Shown in pieces: positions 51,770 through 64,000 of a DNA stretch of 64,000 bases. The stretch comes from Lingula anatina (Eukaryota; Animalia; Brachiopoda). The notes beneath the pieces are model-generated. The model had not been told where the DNA came from. It was given only the letters and a program-made list of their open reading frames with translations, and ran no database searches. The position numbers were made by a program, and so were the translations under genes. Location of the stretch: NCBI GenBank assembly GCA_051362555.1, contig CM120640.1, positions 53,360,788 to 53,424,787 of the forward strand. Direction: 5' to 3'. Positions within the stretch are counted from its first letter, which is position 1. The number at the start of each line of letters is the position of its first letter.

Positions 51770-54651
51770 TATATTTTCTTGGCATTGCCATAGAATCTGT
51801 GCAGATAATGTAATTTGTAACTGTTTTTAATTGTAGATACTGTTCGCAAAGATGTCATAAGCATGCTGAATGATAATTGAGCAAAGTTTTTTAATCTGAC
51901 AAAAAAAATACATGGGAAGAGTATCTGAACATGTTTTATTATTGATTTGATTGAAAGTTACTTATTGTTCAAAACTTATGTGCCCTAGCATGATGCAAGT
52001 TTGATTATTTAAATACAAAAAAGTGCATTTGCCATTAATAAAAAAGCAAACAGATCTATGATGAATATTTTATGTAACTCTTAAATTGTATTTGAAAATT
52101 GATTAAGTAAAAGTAAATTGTTTTATTTGTATGTTGAGCTTGTATCTGCAGCATCTAATCTGCAATTCTATTTGAATGTGTAGTTAATTACAAGGCACTC
52201 AACAATTACCTGGTACATATCTATAAAAATGGTAGAATAAAGTCATATATTCATGTAGTGCACATGGATAAAATTATAAAGTGCATTAAACAATGTTTTG
52301 CAGTACTTTTGATGTATCATTCATATTTTTCTGAATTCTCTAGAAATGTAGCAAAAATGATTTTTTTCACTTATAAGTATGGAACCATAGATTGTATTTG
52401 GTAAGTTGCTGTGAATGTAATGGATTTTAGAACTTGGTTGTACACTCAAATGGTGGAAGTAAACTAGCTCATCTCATCTAGTCCTTGCTTAAGGGGCAGC
52501 TTATGGGAGATTTTTTTAAACATAAATCTGCCCTTCTTCATACTTACGTCTCGAGGTGTGATTTATCAATCTAGACAGTTTGATAGCAATTATAGCTACA
52601 AGAATTCTACAAAACTTTATCATATTATTTCCTATAATTATATCAGAGACATTCTAAGCAGGGAATTATATCGAAGGGAATGGAAATGGGAGGGGGGTGT
52701 GATGATTTCAAGCAGTATCATTGGTCCTTGTCAATAGAGAGCTGTTACTTAGATCCGATATAATTCCCTGATCTAAGTAACAATTGTGCTATCATGACTG
52801 CACCTTCCAAATGAAGTTTCTAAGGCCTTTTGCACATTGAGGGGTACTTGTCTGTACTGATAGTTCTTTGAGAGTAATATGTAAGTAAGTAATCATTAAT
52901 TGCCTTACAGGGGTGTTTTCAAGTACAGTGGGTTTTACAAGTCCTGCTGTTCAGTAAGTTTATTGGCCTTGTTGAGCACAGTACGATCAATTAGGTAAAA
53001 GCCAGGTTCTGTCAACACAGACTGTATTGTCAAAGTATGCCACTCAGTGTGAAAGAGCCCAATTTTTTAACAACATTAGGTTGCAGATGTTCTTGAAAAT
53101 ATGGTGGTAGTTATAGGTGAAATGGTGAAGTGCAATTTGGTATGTATTTGTATTATGAATGTTTGTGTTTGTTAAAATGTTAATTACTGTACAACACTTG
53201 CATTTTTCTGTGATTTTGTGTCTAAACTGATCAAATGTATAGCTTATTATTATCATTTTAGTAATGGTGGTAAGATATGCTTGGGTATTTCACAAAGCTT
53301 ATATATTGGCTTTTTTAGAATTACTGTTATCTAAAAGCTTACATGAGATGAAAATGTTAGTTTAATTTGAGATTTGTAAACCATTGTCAGATGTAATTGA
53401 ATGCAGAATTTGGAATTAATATGACAGTTTACTAGTATAGAAACATTTAAATAAGCAAGTGAATATTGGGTGTACGTATAAGGTGGGATTAACAGTTACA
53501 GCATACCATCATGTTTCAAGAGCAATAATGTTGAACAAATGTAAGTTCTTGAAGAATGACATCAGTTGAAGTTATTCTGGCAGTGTTGGAACAGGTTACA
53601 TGTACATATTGGGTACTACATGTACATGTTGCTGTCATTTTGCAGGCACTAGTGTGTTTGTGGCCAGGTTTCAATGTTTAGTTTGGTGATCGGAACCTTT
53701 TCAGTGGTTTTGAATTCAGTTCAAGTTCTAAACTTAAATAAATTGTATTAGAAAAAAATCTTAGTTGTTAAATAATTGAAAAGAAAATGGGTGTACAATG
53801 TATATAAGGAATTGGGGGAAAAAATCCAATTTAGGAAATTCCTTTTAAACTACTTGGGGACAAGAATGAACTTGTTATCCCTTTAATCAATTTTTTTCTT
53901 AAACTAAAAAAATTAATATTTGATAAATTGATACAATTTGAAAGAAATTTAATACAGTTTGTAATATAAAACTCAATTGTTTCTTCATTGTTATGAATAA
54001 TGCATGTACACATATTGCAAGGGAAAAAATGGCAATATTGATTCCCCATTCCCAAACCACTACCGTGCTCTGTTCTTTATATCCGGAATTTTCCATGACG
54101 CACTTGAATTCTTTAAACTCAATAATAATAGTTTAAACATTTTTTTTTTCAGCTCAAAAACTCAGAATTACATTTATTTTGAAACGACGCTTTTACAATT
54201 AACCTGCAAGATAGCCAAGCTGCACGATTATATGCAGCTGGTACTGAAGTTTTGGAAACGTATTATGTCGCCTTTATTATATAAAAAGGTATCATTTACT
54301 CTAGTATGCATCGTGAAATATCTTAGTGATAATAACTTTGATATTTTATGCAAATTTCAATATAGTAATGTGAAAATTTTAATTCCTTAAACATTTCTTC
54401 CTCCTATTCAAGAAGAACATTGACGGAAATGCACATGTTGAACCTGACGCTTTTACTGCTGTTCGTAACTAAATTACAAAGAGAGCCACTCATTATACAT
54501 TGCATGCGCACATTCAATTAAGAGAAAGATTCGAATAGTAAGTTCTGGTTTTGCTGGGACTGAACAAGCAGGCTTAGCTGAAGAAAGGCTACATGTACGA
54601 ACTTTTTTTGTATCGAGCACAACTGCTAAACCAACGACCGCAACAATCCAA

Positions 54652-56205
54652 ATGGATACCAGTACCACAGGAGAGATACTGCGTCAGATATCACCACAGA
54701 TACCAGATGCAAGTAAACTTAATCATACTGACCATGTTATAGAGCTTGTTACCGGTAAGTCATCGTGGGTTACAATACAGGGAACAATGTGTTGTATAAT
54801 TTGTGGTAGCATGCACATGATGCAGTATACCGAACTTGCCTCTTGGCCACAAATCAGAAAAGAAATTCAAGAACTTTTGAAAATAACTCTCCCTCAAGAT
54901 GATTGCAGTATTTCTTGTGGTAGGTGTTTAGGTCTGATGAAGGAATTCTTAAGTGTGAAAATAAAGATTATAAATATACACAGATCTTCAGCTAAAATGC
55001 AAGTGATAAATGAGCCTCAGCCAAATGTGGACCATTCTCCAGTCAATTCAGAGGGGGAACACGGGCAGGATGTGGAGACAAATTCAGGGTCACATCAAAA
55101 AAAATTCACTGTCAATGGTTGTGGTGCGGATGCTGAATGTGATCAGCCTTCATTGAAATGCCAACGTTGCGATAAAACATTTGTTGATATGAAGCGCCGC
55201 TTGGATCATGAGAAAGTGCACAGATACAGGAAGACTTACAAATGTCAGTACTGTGATAAGATCTGTGTAAGGCTACGCCATATAAAAGAACATGAATCAA
55301 TTCATACTGGAGAGAAACCACATAAGTGTCAGTATTGTGATAAAAAATTTCGTTCAAAGTCAACTGTTAAATCTCATGAACTTTTTGTTCACACAAACAA
55401 ACTTAATCAGTTTAAATGTCAGTACTGTGACAAAGGGTTTAAGAGAAAGTGCACTTGGTTACTCCATGAAAAGAGACATACAGGGCAGAAAGGGCCATTT
55501 AAATGTCAGTATTGTGATAGAACATTTTATTCTAAAAGTGTTATGGAGCAGCATGAAAATACACACACAGGGAAAAAACCATTCAAGTGTCAGTACTGTG
55601 ACAGTGTATTTGCTTCTAAGTTAGGAAGATATCTACATGAAAAAATACATACTGGTGATAAACCACACAAATGTCCGCACTGTGAAAAGGCATATATTAT
55701 AAAATGTCATTTAAAAGTTCATATCAGGACTCACACTGGTGAGAAACCTTTCAAATGTCAATTCTGTGATAAAGCCTTTATATCAAAAGCAAGATGTGTT
55801 GAGCATGAATTTACTCACAGAAAGGAAAAGAGATATAAATGCCAGTATTGTGAAAGACAGTTTTCGAAAAAGCAACAGCACCGAATACATGAGGATGCTC
55901 ATAATGGCGTAAAACCCTTCCAGTGTCAGTTCTGCAAGAAAAGCTTTATGTGGAAGGCTTATCTGGATGACCATGAAGCATCGCACAGAGGAGAGAAACC
56001 CTACAAATGCCAGCACTGTGATTTGACTTTCAGTTACGCATATATATGTCAGTATCACATGAGTAAAGTCCATCCTGATGTGAAACACACCTGTCAGTTT
56101 TGTGGACAAACCTTTTGTAAATACAGTTCCTGTAGTGAACAAGTAAAAAGATATCACACCGGAACTGATACCAGTCAGAATAAGAAAGAAACTTTATTAA
56201 AGTAG
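54652..56205 (+). CDS. C2H2 zinc-finger transcription factor (11 intact + 1 degenerate finger) with ZAD-like N-terminal C4 domain
   Basis: 517-aa uninterrupted ORF with repeated CxxC-x12-HxxxH fingers and HTGEKP-type linkers. The N-terminal CIICG...ISCGRCLGLMKEF pattern is ZAD-like. Confidence 0.93.
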   Translation: MDTSTTGEILRQISPQIPDASKLNHTDHVIELVTGKSSWVTIQGTMCCIICGSMHMMQYTELASWPQIRKEIQELLKITLPQDDCSISCGRCLGLMKEFLSVKIKIINIHRSSAKMQVINEPQPNVDHSPVNSEGEHGQDVETNSGSHQKKFTVNGCGADAECDQPSLKCQRCDKTFVDMKRRLDHEKVHRYRKTYKCQYCDKICVRLRHIKEHESIHTGEKPHKCQYCDKKFRSKSTVKSHELFVHTNKLNQFKCQYCDKGFKRKCTWLLHEKRHTGQKGPFKCQYCDRTFYSKSVMEQHENTHTGKKPFKCQYCDSVFASKLGRYLHEKIHTGDKPHKCPHCEKAYIIKCHLKVHIRTHTGEKPFKCQFCDKAFISKARCVEHEFTHRKEKRYKCQYCERQFSKKQQHRIHEDAHNGVKPFQCQFCKKSFMWKAYLDDHEASHRGEKPYKCQHCDLTFSYAYICQYHMSKVHPDVKHTCQFCGQTFCKYSSCSEQVKRYHTGTDTSQNKKETLLK

Positions 56206-56886
56206 AATGGGAAAAAAATGATCTTATTTTACTGCAAATCTTGATAATGAGTATTTTGTAAATTGATCCTCCTGTGACAAGTTCACCTGTTCATGTTCTA
56301 TGCAAAATGTGCTGTAGTTTGCAATGCAATTAAATGTTTCATTTTTTGCAAGAGATATTAGAATTTTTCCCAGAAACTGAAATCTTAATTATGACAGTTT
56401 TAAAGAGATTCATTTGAAGTCATGTTTAGATCAGAGGTGCTTTGAAGTTTAAAATGACAGCATTTGGTTGATTAAAACATGGAGCTAAAACTCTGCATGA
56501 ATGGAAATTTTGTAAAGACTAGAAGTTTGTTTTTAACATTGAACATTTTGTCTCACTGCTTTATGTGCAGACAGCGGTTACGCATTATATACCCGAGCAA
56601 TGTATATCCCACCCCTTGAACCCACTTCTGCGCCTACCTGCCCAAATTCTTTCATATTTACACACGCTGACATACTCTCGTACTGGTACTGGAACTGATA
56701 GTTAAATACAAAAAGCTGACATCTCTGGGACGTTCGTGTGCTTAATCATCGGAAGCTACCAAACGCCAATACGCTATGAAGTATTATATACTTTGAAGGA
56801 AAAGTTGTTTTTGGTGTGGTAAGACTAGGGAGGGTAAGACAAGGAGGAGATATAGCGGACAGAAATGTGTCAACAAAACCTCAGTG

Positions 56887-57849
56887 ATGAAGTTTGAGAA
56901 AGTGGCTAAACGACAAAAGCGTTTTCGTCCTTGCAAGTTTTTGTTTGGATCTTTTTTAATGGCGGTGGTCCTCTTCATACATGTTTTGCCAAGGGGACAT
57001 TCTTTCTTCGACTATCGAGACGAGAGCAATTACATCGATGATTTTACAATGAGGTATATGAGAAATATAGTGCTGATACAAGATATTGAAAATAACTGGT
57101 TGGTAAGAGCCTCTTCAAACCATACTTCTACCATAGATACCACAGTGATTGACTACTCGGAGGTCGGTCAAGCACAAGTCGTTAATACAATTCTAGGAGG
57201 AAAAACGAATGGTTTCTTTGTTGAGTGCGGGGGATACAACGGACTGACATCATCAAACACGTATTATTTAGAAAAAGAGAAAAACTGGACGGGCTTGCTA
57301 ATTGAAGCTGTACCACATTTCTATAAACAATTATGCAAGAACAGACCAAATACTCATCGTATAAATGCTTGCCTCAGCACCAACAATAAAGCCGAAAAAG
57401 CGTTTTTTAAAAATTCAATGGATATTGAAGGAATCGGTGGTCTGGCCGAACACATGAGCGGAGTTCAACTGAGATATCGGGGCGGGGCACGAAAAAATGC
57501 GCCCACCATTGAAGTACAGTGCTTTCCTTTCTATTCCATTATGCTTACACTCGGGATTACTGATATAGATTATTTTTCACTTGATGTTGAAGGAGCAGAA
57601 CTCCCGGTTTTGCGGACTATTCCCTTTGATAAAATAAATGTTAAAGTTTTCACCATTGAATATCGCCTCTCAGACGGAGTTCACCTGTCACTTGAAGAAA
57701 CACAGAAAAAACTTGATAGTCTGCGACATTTTCTTATCCCAAAGGGCTATGGAGAGTACGGTGTCTTGACTAAGCGTGGAGATTTAAAAAACTACGATCA
57801 CCTACCTCTTCACCTACAGGGTTTGGATGTTGTATTTTATAAATTATAA
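56887..57849 (+). CDS. Star-like type II membrane protein with FkbM (Methyltransf_21) domain
   Basis: First ATG at 56887, then a basic N-terminus and hydrophobic anchor FLFGSFLMAVVLFIHVL. Motifs GFFVECGGYNG..SNT, WTGLLIEA, VQCFPFYSIM and IDYFSLDVEGAELPVLRTIPFDK are typical of the Star/FkbM family. The CDS is intronless. Confidence 0.9.
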   Translation: MKFEKVAKRQKRFRPCKFLFGSFLMAVVLFIHVLPRGHSFFDYRDESNYIDDFTMRYMRNIVLIQDIENNWLVRASSNHTSTIDTTVIDYSEVGQAQVVNTILGGKTNGFFVECGGYNGLTSSNTYYLEKEKNWTGLLIEAVPHFYKQLCKNRPNTHRINACLSTNNKAEKAFFKNSMDIEGIGGLAEHMSGVQLRYRGGARKNAPTIEVQCFPFYSIMLTLGITDIDYFSLDVEGAELPVLRTIPFDKINVKVFTIEYRLSDGVHLSLEETQKKLDSLRHFLIPKGYGEYGVLTKRGDLKNYDHLPLHLQGLDVVFYKL

Positions 57850-58659
57850 CACTTAACAGTCGAGGGGATCAACAATGATCTTTGGAAGGGATATTCTGGA
57901 AAAAAAGAAATTGAGTAGAAATGAAAAAAGTAACGGGATTTACGTAGGCCTTCATTATACGCAATTATTTTTATATAATGTCTGCTGTAAGTCTGTTTCA
58001 TGTAGTCACTTTCACCGCTAAGAATGGGCGTGCCGCTCTTTATTTAAGCTTTGTCAACACAGTATATTACGCACGTATCACGGCCTAAGTTTCATCTCAA
58101 TAATAAGCCTAAATATAAACGTTGAAAGAGCCACAGTTATAGTCGGACTTCTAGAGTCAAATCTCATGCATAGTATCCAGATTTTCACTGCCTCTGTGTA
58201 AATGCTAGTTATTCATGTGCCGCGTTTGAGTGACCAATTCCTTTTTTTTTTTCTTGTATAACTACGAGCGGTATGTGAGTCCAATGACAAAAAATGAATT
58301 TTTATGTTACATACTGTCATCACGGTATTATTTTTTTTCATGATATTTTTTATGATACGAAATGAAAAAATAATCTTACCGGACAAAAATGTCAAAGTTG
58401 AAATTTTATTTTCTCAAAAGCTATCCATTAAAATTAAATGAATTCTTACTGAATATTTCTGCAAGACATTGCCCCTGAAATAAAGAATCTTGGAGTCAAA
58501 CGTTTTTGTTTTTTGCCATATGCAGTTGTGTCTATATTCATACAGAACGTAAAAAATCATGGTCGAGGCTACAAAAGCCTCTTAGATAATCCAGAGGCAC
58601 TTCTGTGGATTGGGACCTGTCTGGGTACTGGATGTCGTGCCTTACATGGCCTGTGACCG

Positions 58660-61600
58660 TTACTGTGTTACACAGCGAAACCCTGTCCCCGGTGCGAGAA
58701 CATCCACACAAGTGCTTTTTTGGAAGCAGTGCCCCTCACGACAACCTGGGATGTCTGAAACGAGAACACGCGAATCCAGTTAATCTTTTATCACAAAGAA
58801 AACTCGTCCTATTGAGGAAGCAATAATTGGGATGTAAATCCTAAACATGCAGTAATATTATCTGGCTTTTTTTCAAAGTGTCGTTGATCCGAAAAATAAT
58901 AAAAGGATATTTACCACTGTACGTTATGTAATATTTCTAAATGTTTTGACTCTCATTTCTGGCACATTAGTTGCGGTTTCTGTCATACCCCTGGTATGGT
59001 TTCATTCAGCTGGTAATTATCTGAGTCAATCATAGAATTAAAATGATAACAACTGATCATATTGGCCAAACAAATGGATTTTTTCCTGGGGTAATCGACA
59101 ATTTTCCCATACCAGTGGTAATGAAACAGTTCCGAAATTCACAGTTAGTCCATGCTTTTTTAAGTTTGTTTTTTAATAAACTTTTAAGAGATTATCACAG
59201 AGTATAGTCATCTATGGAGGTCACGCGGCCCGGTGTCAAGCACAGAAACCAGAATTATTGCGATAACCCGCCGTTTTGGTAGTATAAGAGAAATTATTGT
59301 TTCTATGATTTGTTTACAATATATTTATTGTGAAATATGAGTGTCATACGAAGAGTTGTTATCCCTTTAAATGGGAAAATGTATGTTTATTGGTGGTATG
59401 GGTCTGTTAAAAGACCTGTACGTTTTGGACTGACATAATTTAACTCGATAAAGCGTTGACATACGTTGAGAGCCACATTTAACAAAAAAAAAAAGGTTTT
59501 TAACATTAGTAACCAAATTTATCACACGAATATGACGTTAACCCACAAAAGATAACTTTGAATAACCTCACCTCTGTCACACAGATCTCCTTCCCAGCCA
59601 CTAGAGCACATGCACTGACCAGTAACACGATCACACGTGCCGTGGACACACTGGCATACTCCCTGGCACATGTCGCCATATTGTCCCGGCTGGCAGACTA
59701 GCATGAAAATGTGATGGTTATTGTTGAAATTAAATGAAAAATGATTATCCTTAAATTATTAAATGGAACGTAATACATCGTTAAGATTTCGTATTGGAGT
59801 TCAAATTTATTTAGTATTGATTATGGTATGGCAACTTATTAATCGGCGTAAATTCACCTTTTTCAAGCATCTCTCCTTCGTTTGGTCACCGTACTCCAAT
59901 CTACTCCGTTTGTTTCAAAATGATTTTTTATATAACAGTAAAAGAAGGAACGGACAAAGTGAAATGATTTGTTGTAATAATGGCAATCATTAAACGAGCA
60001 ACGAATTCGGACAACAAAATATGTTGAAGCGAGGTACATATGGATGCAGTCGGTTTAACTGGAATTATGTACCACAATGTTAATGCAATTTCCCACCCTC
60101 AGACGTGTTAATCAATGTACCTTCACAGTATTTTGCTCCGTGGCGTTGTGTGGTCATCCCCGGAGGACAAGGCTGGCAACTGGTCTGCTGAAGGAGGGAC
60201 TGTGATGTCCCAGGGGGACACGGCCTGCATCCGCCATCAGCCTTGGAATAGTACGTGCCTGGTAAACATGGCACTGAAATTATATGTTAATTAAAAATAA
60301 TATCACCCCTCAGTTAATTTTTCTTCTTTACTTCGTTGCGACAAATTTAAACTTCATTTTTTTTAAAAACCTTGTTCTATAAATTACAAAATCGTAATAA
60401 TACATACAGCATACACCTCTGCTGCCCACAGATTCCATTCCCTCCCCGCAGTCCACCATTACATCCGACACATTGCCACCAGCTGATTCAAAACGTCGAC
60501 TTGCAGCATGAAAGACTGCTTTATGTCTATCCTCTTCGAACAATTTCTCCAACTTTCCCTTAGCGTATATCATGGCAGCTTTGAGAAAACGCTTGTATAT
60601 ACGCTCACACGTAGCTTGATTCTTACAGTAACGATCGGGAATGTTTAGGCTGGAGCAAATTTGGCGACAGTTTTTGATTTCTTTCTCGGGCTTTTCCGCA
60701 AAAACGTCGAAGGCAATATGAACCGAGTCAATAACGTCTTCCCTCGTTTGTCCACTCGCGTCACGTCGTCTTCGTATTTGACTTTCTCCACAAATTATGT
60801 CTATGTTTTTTACGTCGCATAGTTTAGTGTTTCTTTTGTAGCAGATTGTGTCGTTGTTTAACGTTTCTGCGAACATTAAACGCACTTCTTTCTTGTCGTC
60901 TTCAGTTAAATCACGGCAAGCCCTGACAAAGTAAGCTGAGTCCGCTTCAAGGCGAAAATCAGGGAAAAATTCCACTGGAATTAAAAAATACCTGTATGTA
61001 ACTTCCATCATCAAAGCCAAATGAGAAGGATAATTATTAAGATGTTAGTATGTTCATTAGTGCAGATACTACAAAACCAAATGTGCATGTAAATATTAAA
61101 GAACATAGAAAGTGGGGGTGGGGGCGCAAATACGTTTAGAATATTGATCATCTTTGGAGCTGATTATTTGGTTAACAAATAACACTGCCTACCTGGCGTT
61201 CTGTTAAATATTATTTCCTGCTTACAGGAACAAAGGACAGATAATAACGGTAATAACATATTTTCTTATTCAAATTTTGACACAGTTCTTGGCTCCTTGG
61301 ACTAAAATATACGTACCAACGCAAGGGTCAATAGTAGCATTTGGGTCTGACCTCTGAAATGACCAGATAAATCCAGTGGCTGGACCACACGTTTCGTATA
61401 GATTGGTTCTTGTTGGATATTCATAACCCGGGTTGCATTTGACTTGACACTGCTGAGAGTTCTCCTCCACGTACCAGTGGCATACGAGACCACCAAAAGC
61501 TGGGGCGTCGGTCTCCGTCAGATTAGTGCATTGTTTAGCAGCTAAATTATGAAAGAAAATTAAAAAAAAAAATACTTTTTTAGTTAAGTATATTAAAATT

Positions 61601-63788
61601 TAGAAAAAAATGTAATACCTATTGTATTTTAAGGAATTACTGAAGGTGTTCATCTGATTTTTTTATATTAGCATTTATAGTGTAATGTTAGCAGGTTTAT
61701 TGTCTGCTAATATATCACATATTTTTTTTTTATTTTTAAGCACTGATTTTAAACATTGCCACTAATAATGCTTTATCCGTTTGTCAAATATAATATACAT
61801 TTTCCATATAGCATAAAATTATGTGCTTAGTTATTTTAAGAATGAAACTAATAAATATAATGATATGAAGGATTTTCAAATAACAGTTTGGGCAACTTAC
61901 GTTTACAAGTTTTGCCATCCTCAGACAACTTGTATCCCGCTATAGTGCATCTGCACATGTAGCCACCGTCAATGTTTTCACAAGCTTGTTCACATGGACC
62001 TTTGCCATTATTACTGTCACACTCATTGACATCTGCAACGATAGGGATTGATTTTAGCAGCAGAGATTTAATGACAATGTAAAATATTTAAGGGAGTTGT
62101 TTGTGGTGATCTATCACAATTCATCCCTATGAATCACGCTCGGCTATCACTTGGTTGTTGACTTAATAATCACATAAAACGATTTTTATAATAGCACACA
62201 TATAAATAGTTTAAATGTATTACTCTTTAACCATAAAAAGCACTTATGTTCTTTATTCCTTTCACAATCAAAACATAACACACAATTTCTTACCAACACA
62301 GGGTCCTCCCGGGGGCCCATGGAAGCCCTCACTGCAGACGCACTCAGTCCTACTGCTGCCCTCTTTTAGAGTTCTCGAGTTCAGAGGACAGGGTAAACAA
62401 CTGTTTACATCAGCTTTGTATGTATTTATGGGGCATGCTGGAATGTAGGCCCTATAGCACGTAAGTTGTCACATAAACTAAATCAAAAATGCACATTCCA
62501 AATATTTCTCAAATATTAAATAATGCTGTTAATTCTGCTTAACATTGCCGACAACCAACATTGCCAACAAATTGTCGGAGGTAATCAGCACAGACCCAGT
62601 TGTTAAAATTTCAATATTAATTCTATCTGAAGAGCTTTTTTCTAGATCTTACATTCAAAATAGGTAATGATTTTTGTATTACTCACCACGGCACTGCGGC
62701 GGGAATCCGTCCCATTCACCAGACTCTGCGCACGCCCGTTGGCTGCTCCCTCTAGCCAGATAGTAACCCTCATCACACTCATATACGCACACTCCATCGA
62801 ACCGGTTGCTGCAAGACACAATGCGGCCGTTCTTTGGAGGATCTGATACGGGACAGGTGATCTCTGGAAGGGCAAAGAAACTGGTAAAGTCATCTTTTCG
62901 TGGAATGTCGATGTAGAAGGAAGATTAACCTGTTAAATTCTATCAAATATGTAGTCTTGTGAAGATTCTTTTGTCTATGGCTACTTATATTTGTCTGGTC
63001 TTACCAGCCAATATTTCGTCTGCTTGCAGTCAGACTTCGTCGGGAATGAGGTTGTGATAGGTGTGACAACCTATCACCCCCTCTGGTGTGGTATTTTGTC
63101 AGATGATGATGAAGTCTGACTGTAAATTGTTGATTTAACAGTTGCCTCTCACCTTCACAAGGCCCACCAAGTGGTCCAGAATATCCCCTATCACAGAGAC
63201 ACATCTCTTTAGTCGAAGCTGCGGCCAGGAGGGTGTGAGAGTTTTCTGGACATGGGCTGCACTGACCACCATCACTTCGGCCAACCTTGTAGAAATCCTT
63301 TGGACAAGCTGTAAAAATTTGATGTTACATATACTTTTTTTATTACCATAACTAACTAACAGTGAAGCTTTGCCATTCGGTTTCAAGCGCGTTTTAATGT
63401 TAGCAGCCAACAGAAATTGATCTCAGATCATAATCATCAATAAAAGACCATTAAATTATTTCTGGATTTAGTTTGAGAGGTATCAACTAATAAAAATATA
63501 ATTTTGGAATTGCCAATTATATTGCAATGTATGGTAATTATATTATGACATTTAACTCTTGAGCCATATATTAGTAAGTTATCAGAATAAGACTATATAC
63601 ATATACTTATATACCCTGGCAAGAAGGGGCCTCTGAGTCCCAGGTTCCGTTGGCCAGACAAGTGATTTTGGGAACACCTTGCAATACATAACCCTCATGG
63701 CAGAGGAAGAAAGCACTTCTGCCAAACTGATGTCCATCATCGTCCCTTGACCCGTGGTTAGGTATACCAGGGTCAGGACATTCAATTG
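58660..63788 (-). CDS. Sushi/EGF/ephrin-receptor-like repeat extracellular protein (SVEP1/SCUBE-like), 3' part; 5' exons beyond the window
   Basis: Phase-1 GT-AG exons: 63788-63615 (Sushi), 63308-63153 (Ephrin_rec_like), 62863-62687 (Sushi), 62437-62294 (Ephrin_rec_like), 62032-61901 (cbEGF DVNECD..), 61541-61317 (Sushi-like), 60974-60408 (SEA-like with RRRRDA furin site), 60273-60121 (CLPCLPGTY..CPPG), 59697-59572 (laminin/MEGF-type EGF), 58754-58660 (partial EGF, TAA). Confidence 0.88.
59042..59366 (+). mobile_element. Kolobok-like MITE
   Basis: TTAA|AATGATAACAACT ... ACGAAGAGTTGTTATCCCT|TTAA. The right end is the near reverse complement (one mismatch) of the left end of the 26116 copy. 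Confidence 0.7.
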
Positions 63789-64000
63789 CTGTAATCAAAG
63801 TATTCATTTTCGATGATCAGTTCTAGCTTGATTTTCACTATCAACGCTGGTTTAATTCTTTAAAAAAACGCAAAATGTTGCCAAGTAACTTTCATTATAT
63901 ACTAGTCTACCAAGTTGGTTTAAAAGTATTTAATGGCAGAAAATTGGTATTTCAAATAATGTTATCTCTACAAAGGTTTTTAAAGAGGTCGAATAGATAG

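Noticed and set aside
52743-52782. 13-bp perfect inverted repeat TGTTACTTAGATC..GATCTAAGTAACA
   Set aside because: An isolated short hairpin, too short for a pre-miRNA; most likely a collapsed MITE remnant.
58705-58715. Suspected frameshift at the T-run in the last Sushi/EGF exon
   Set aside because: Recounting gives six T (CAA AAA AGC), so the frame is intact there.
56887-63788. Star-like gene lying tail-to-tail with an EGF-domain gene, suggesting an EGFR-ligand chaperone/client pair
   Set aside because: The neighbour lacks the single-EGF plus transmembrane layout of EGFR ligands, and Star-like FkbM genes are common in invertebrates, so adjacency is weak evidence.

Overview
This is AT-rich, intron-rich eukaryotic DNA from a metazoan, most likely a marine invertebrate (a lophotrochozoan is my guess). 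It is not prokaryotic, and most short ORFs in the supplied track are spurious. Six protein-coding genes can be rebuilt from GT-AG splice sites and reading-frame continuity. (1) The last two coding exons of an activin/inhibin-beta gene (+). (2) An uncharacterised 12-13-exon minus-strand gene with EF-hands, a long ER/K helix, and a C-terminal module resembling the dynein stalk microtubule-binding domain (MTBD) but with no motor. (3) FAM91A1 (+, 21 coding exons, about 821 aa), head-to-head with gene 2. (4) An intronless C2H2 zinc-finger gene with a ZAD-like N-terminus. (5) An intronless Star-like FkbM methyltransferase-domain gene. (6) The 3' part of a Sushi/EGF/ephrin-receptor-like SVEP1-type gene (-). 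Non-coding DNA holds many non-autonomous transposons. Two Helentron-associated (HINE/DINE-1-like) elements each carry 11 x 146-bp repeats containing perfect nuclear-receptor DR1 motifs. An IS3EU-type MITE is nested in one of them, with its empty site visible in the other copy. A 4.6-kb CACTA-like element sits in a (TG)n tract, and there are Kolobok-, Harbinger-, MULE- and hAT-like MITEs. The best candidates for something new are the motorless EF-hand/SAH/dynein-MTBD-like protein and the transposon-borne DR1 arrays. Family assignments rest on motif recognition only; no database search was run.
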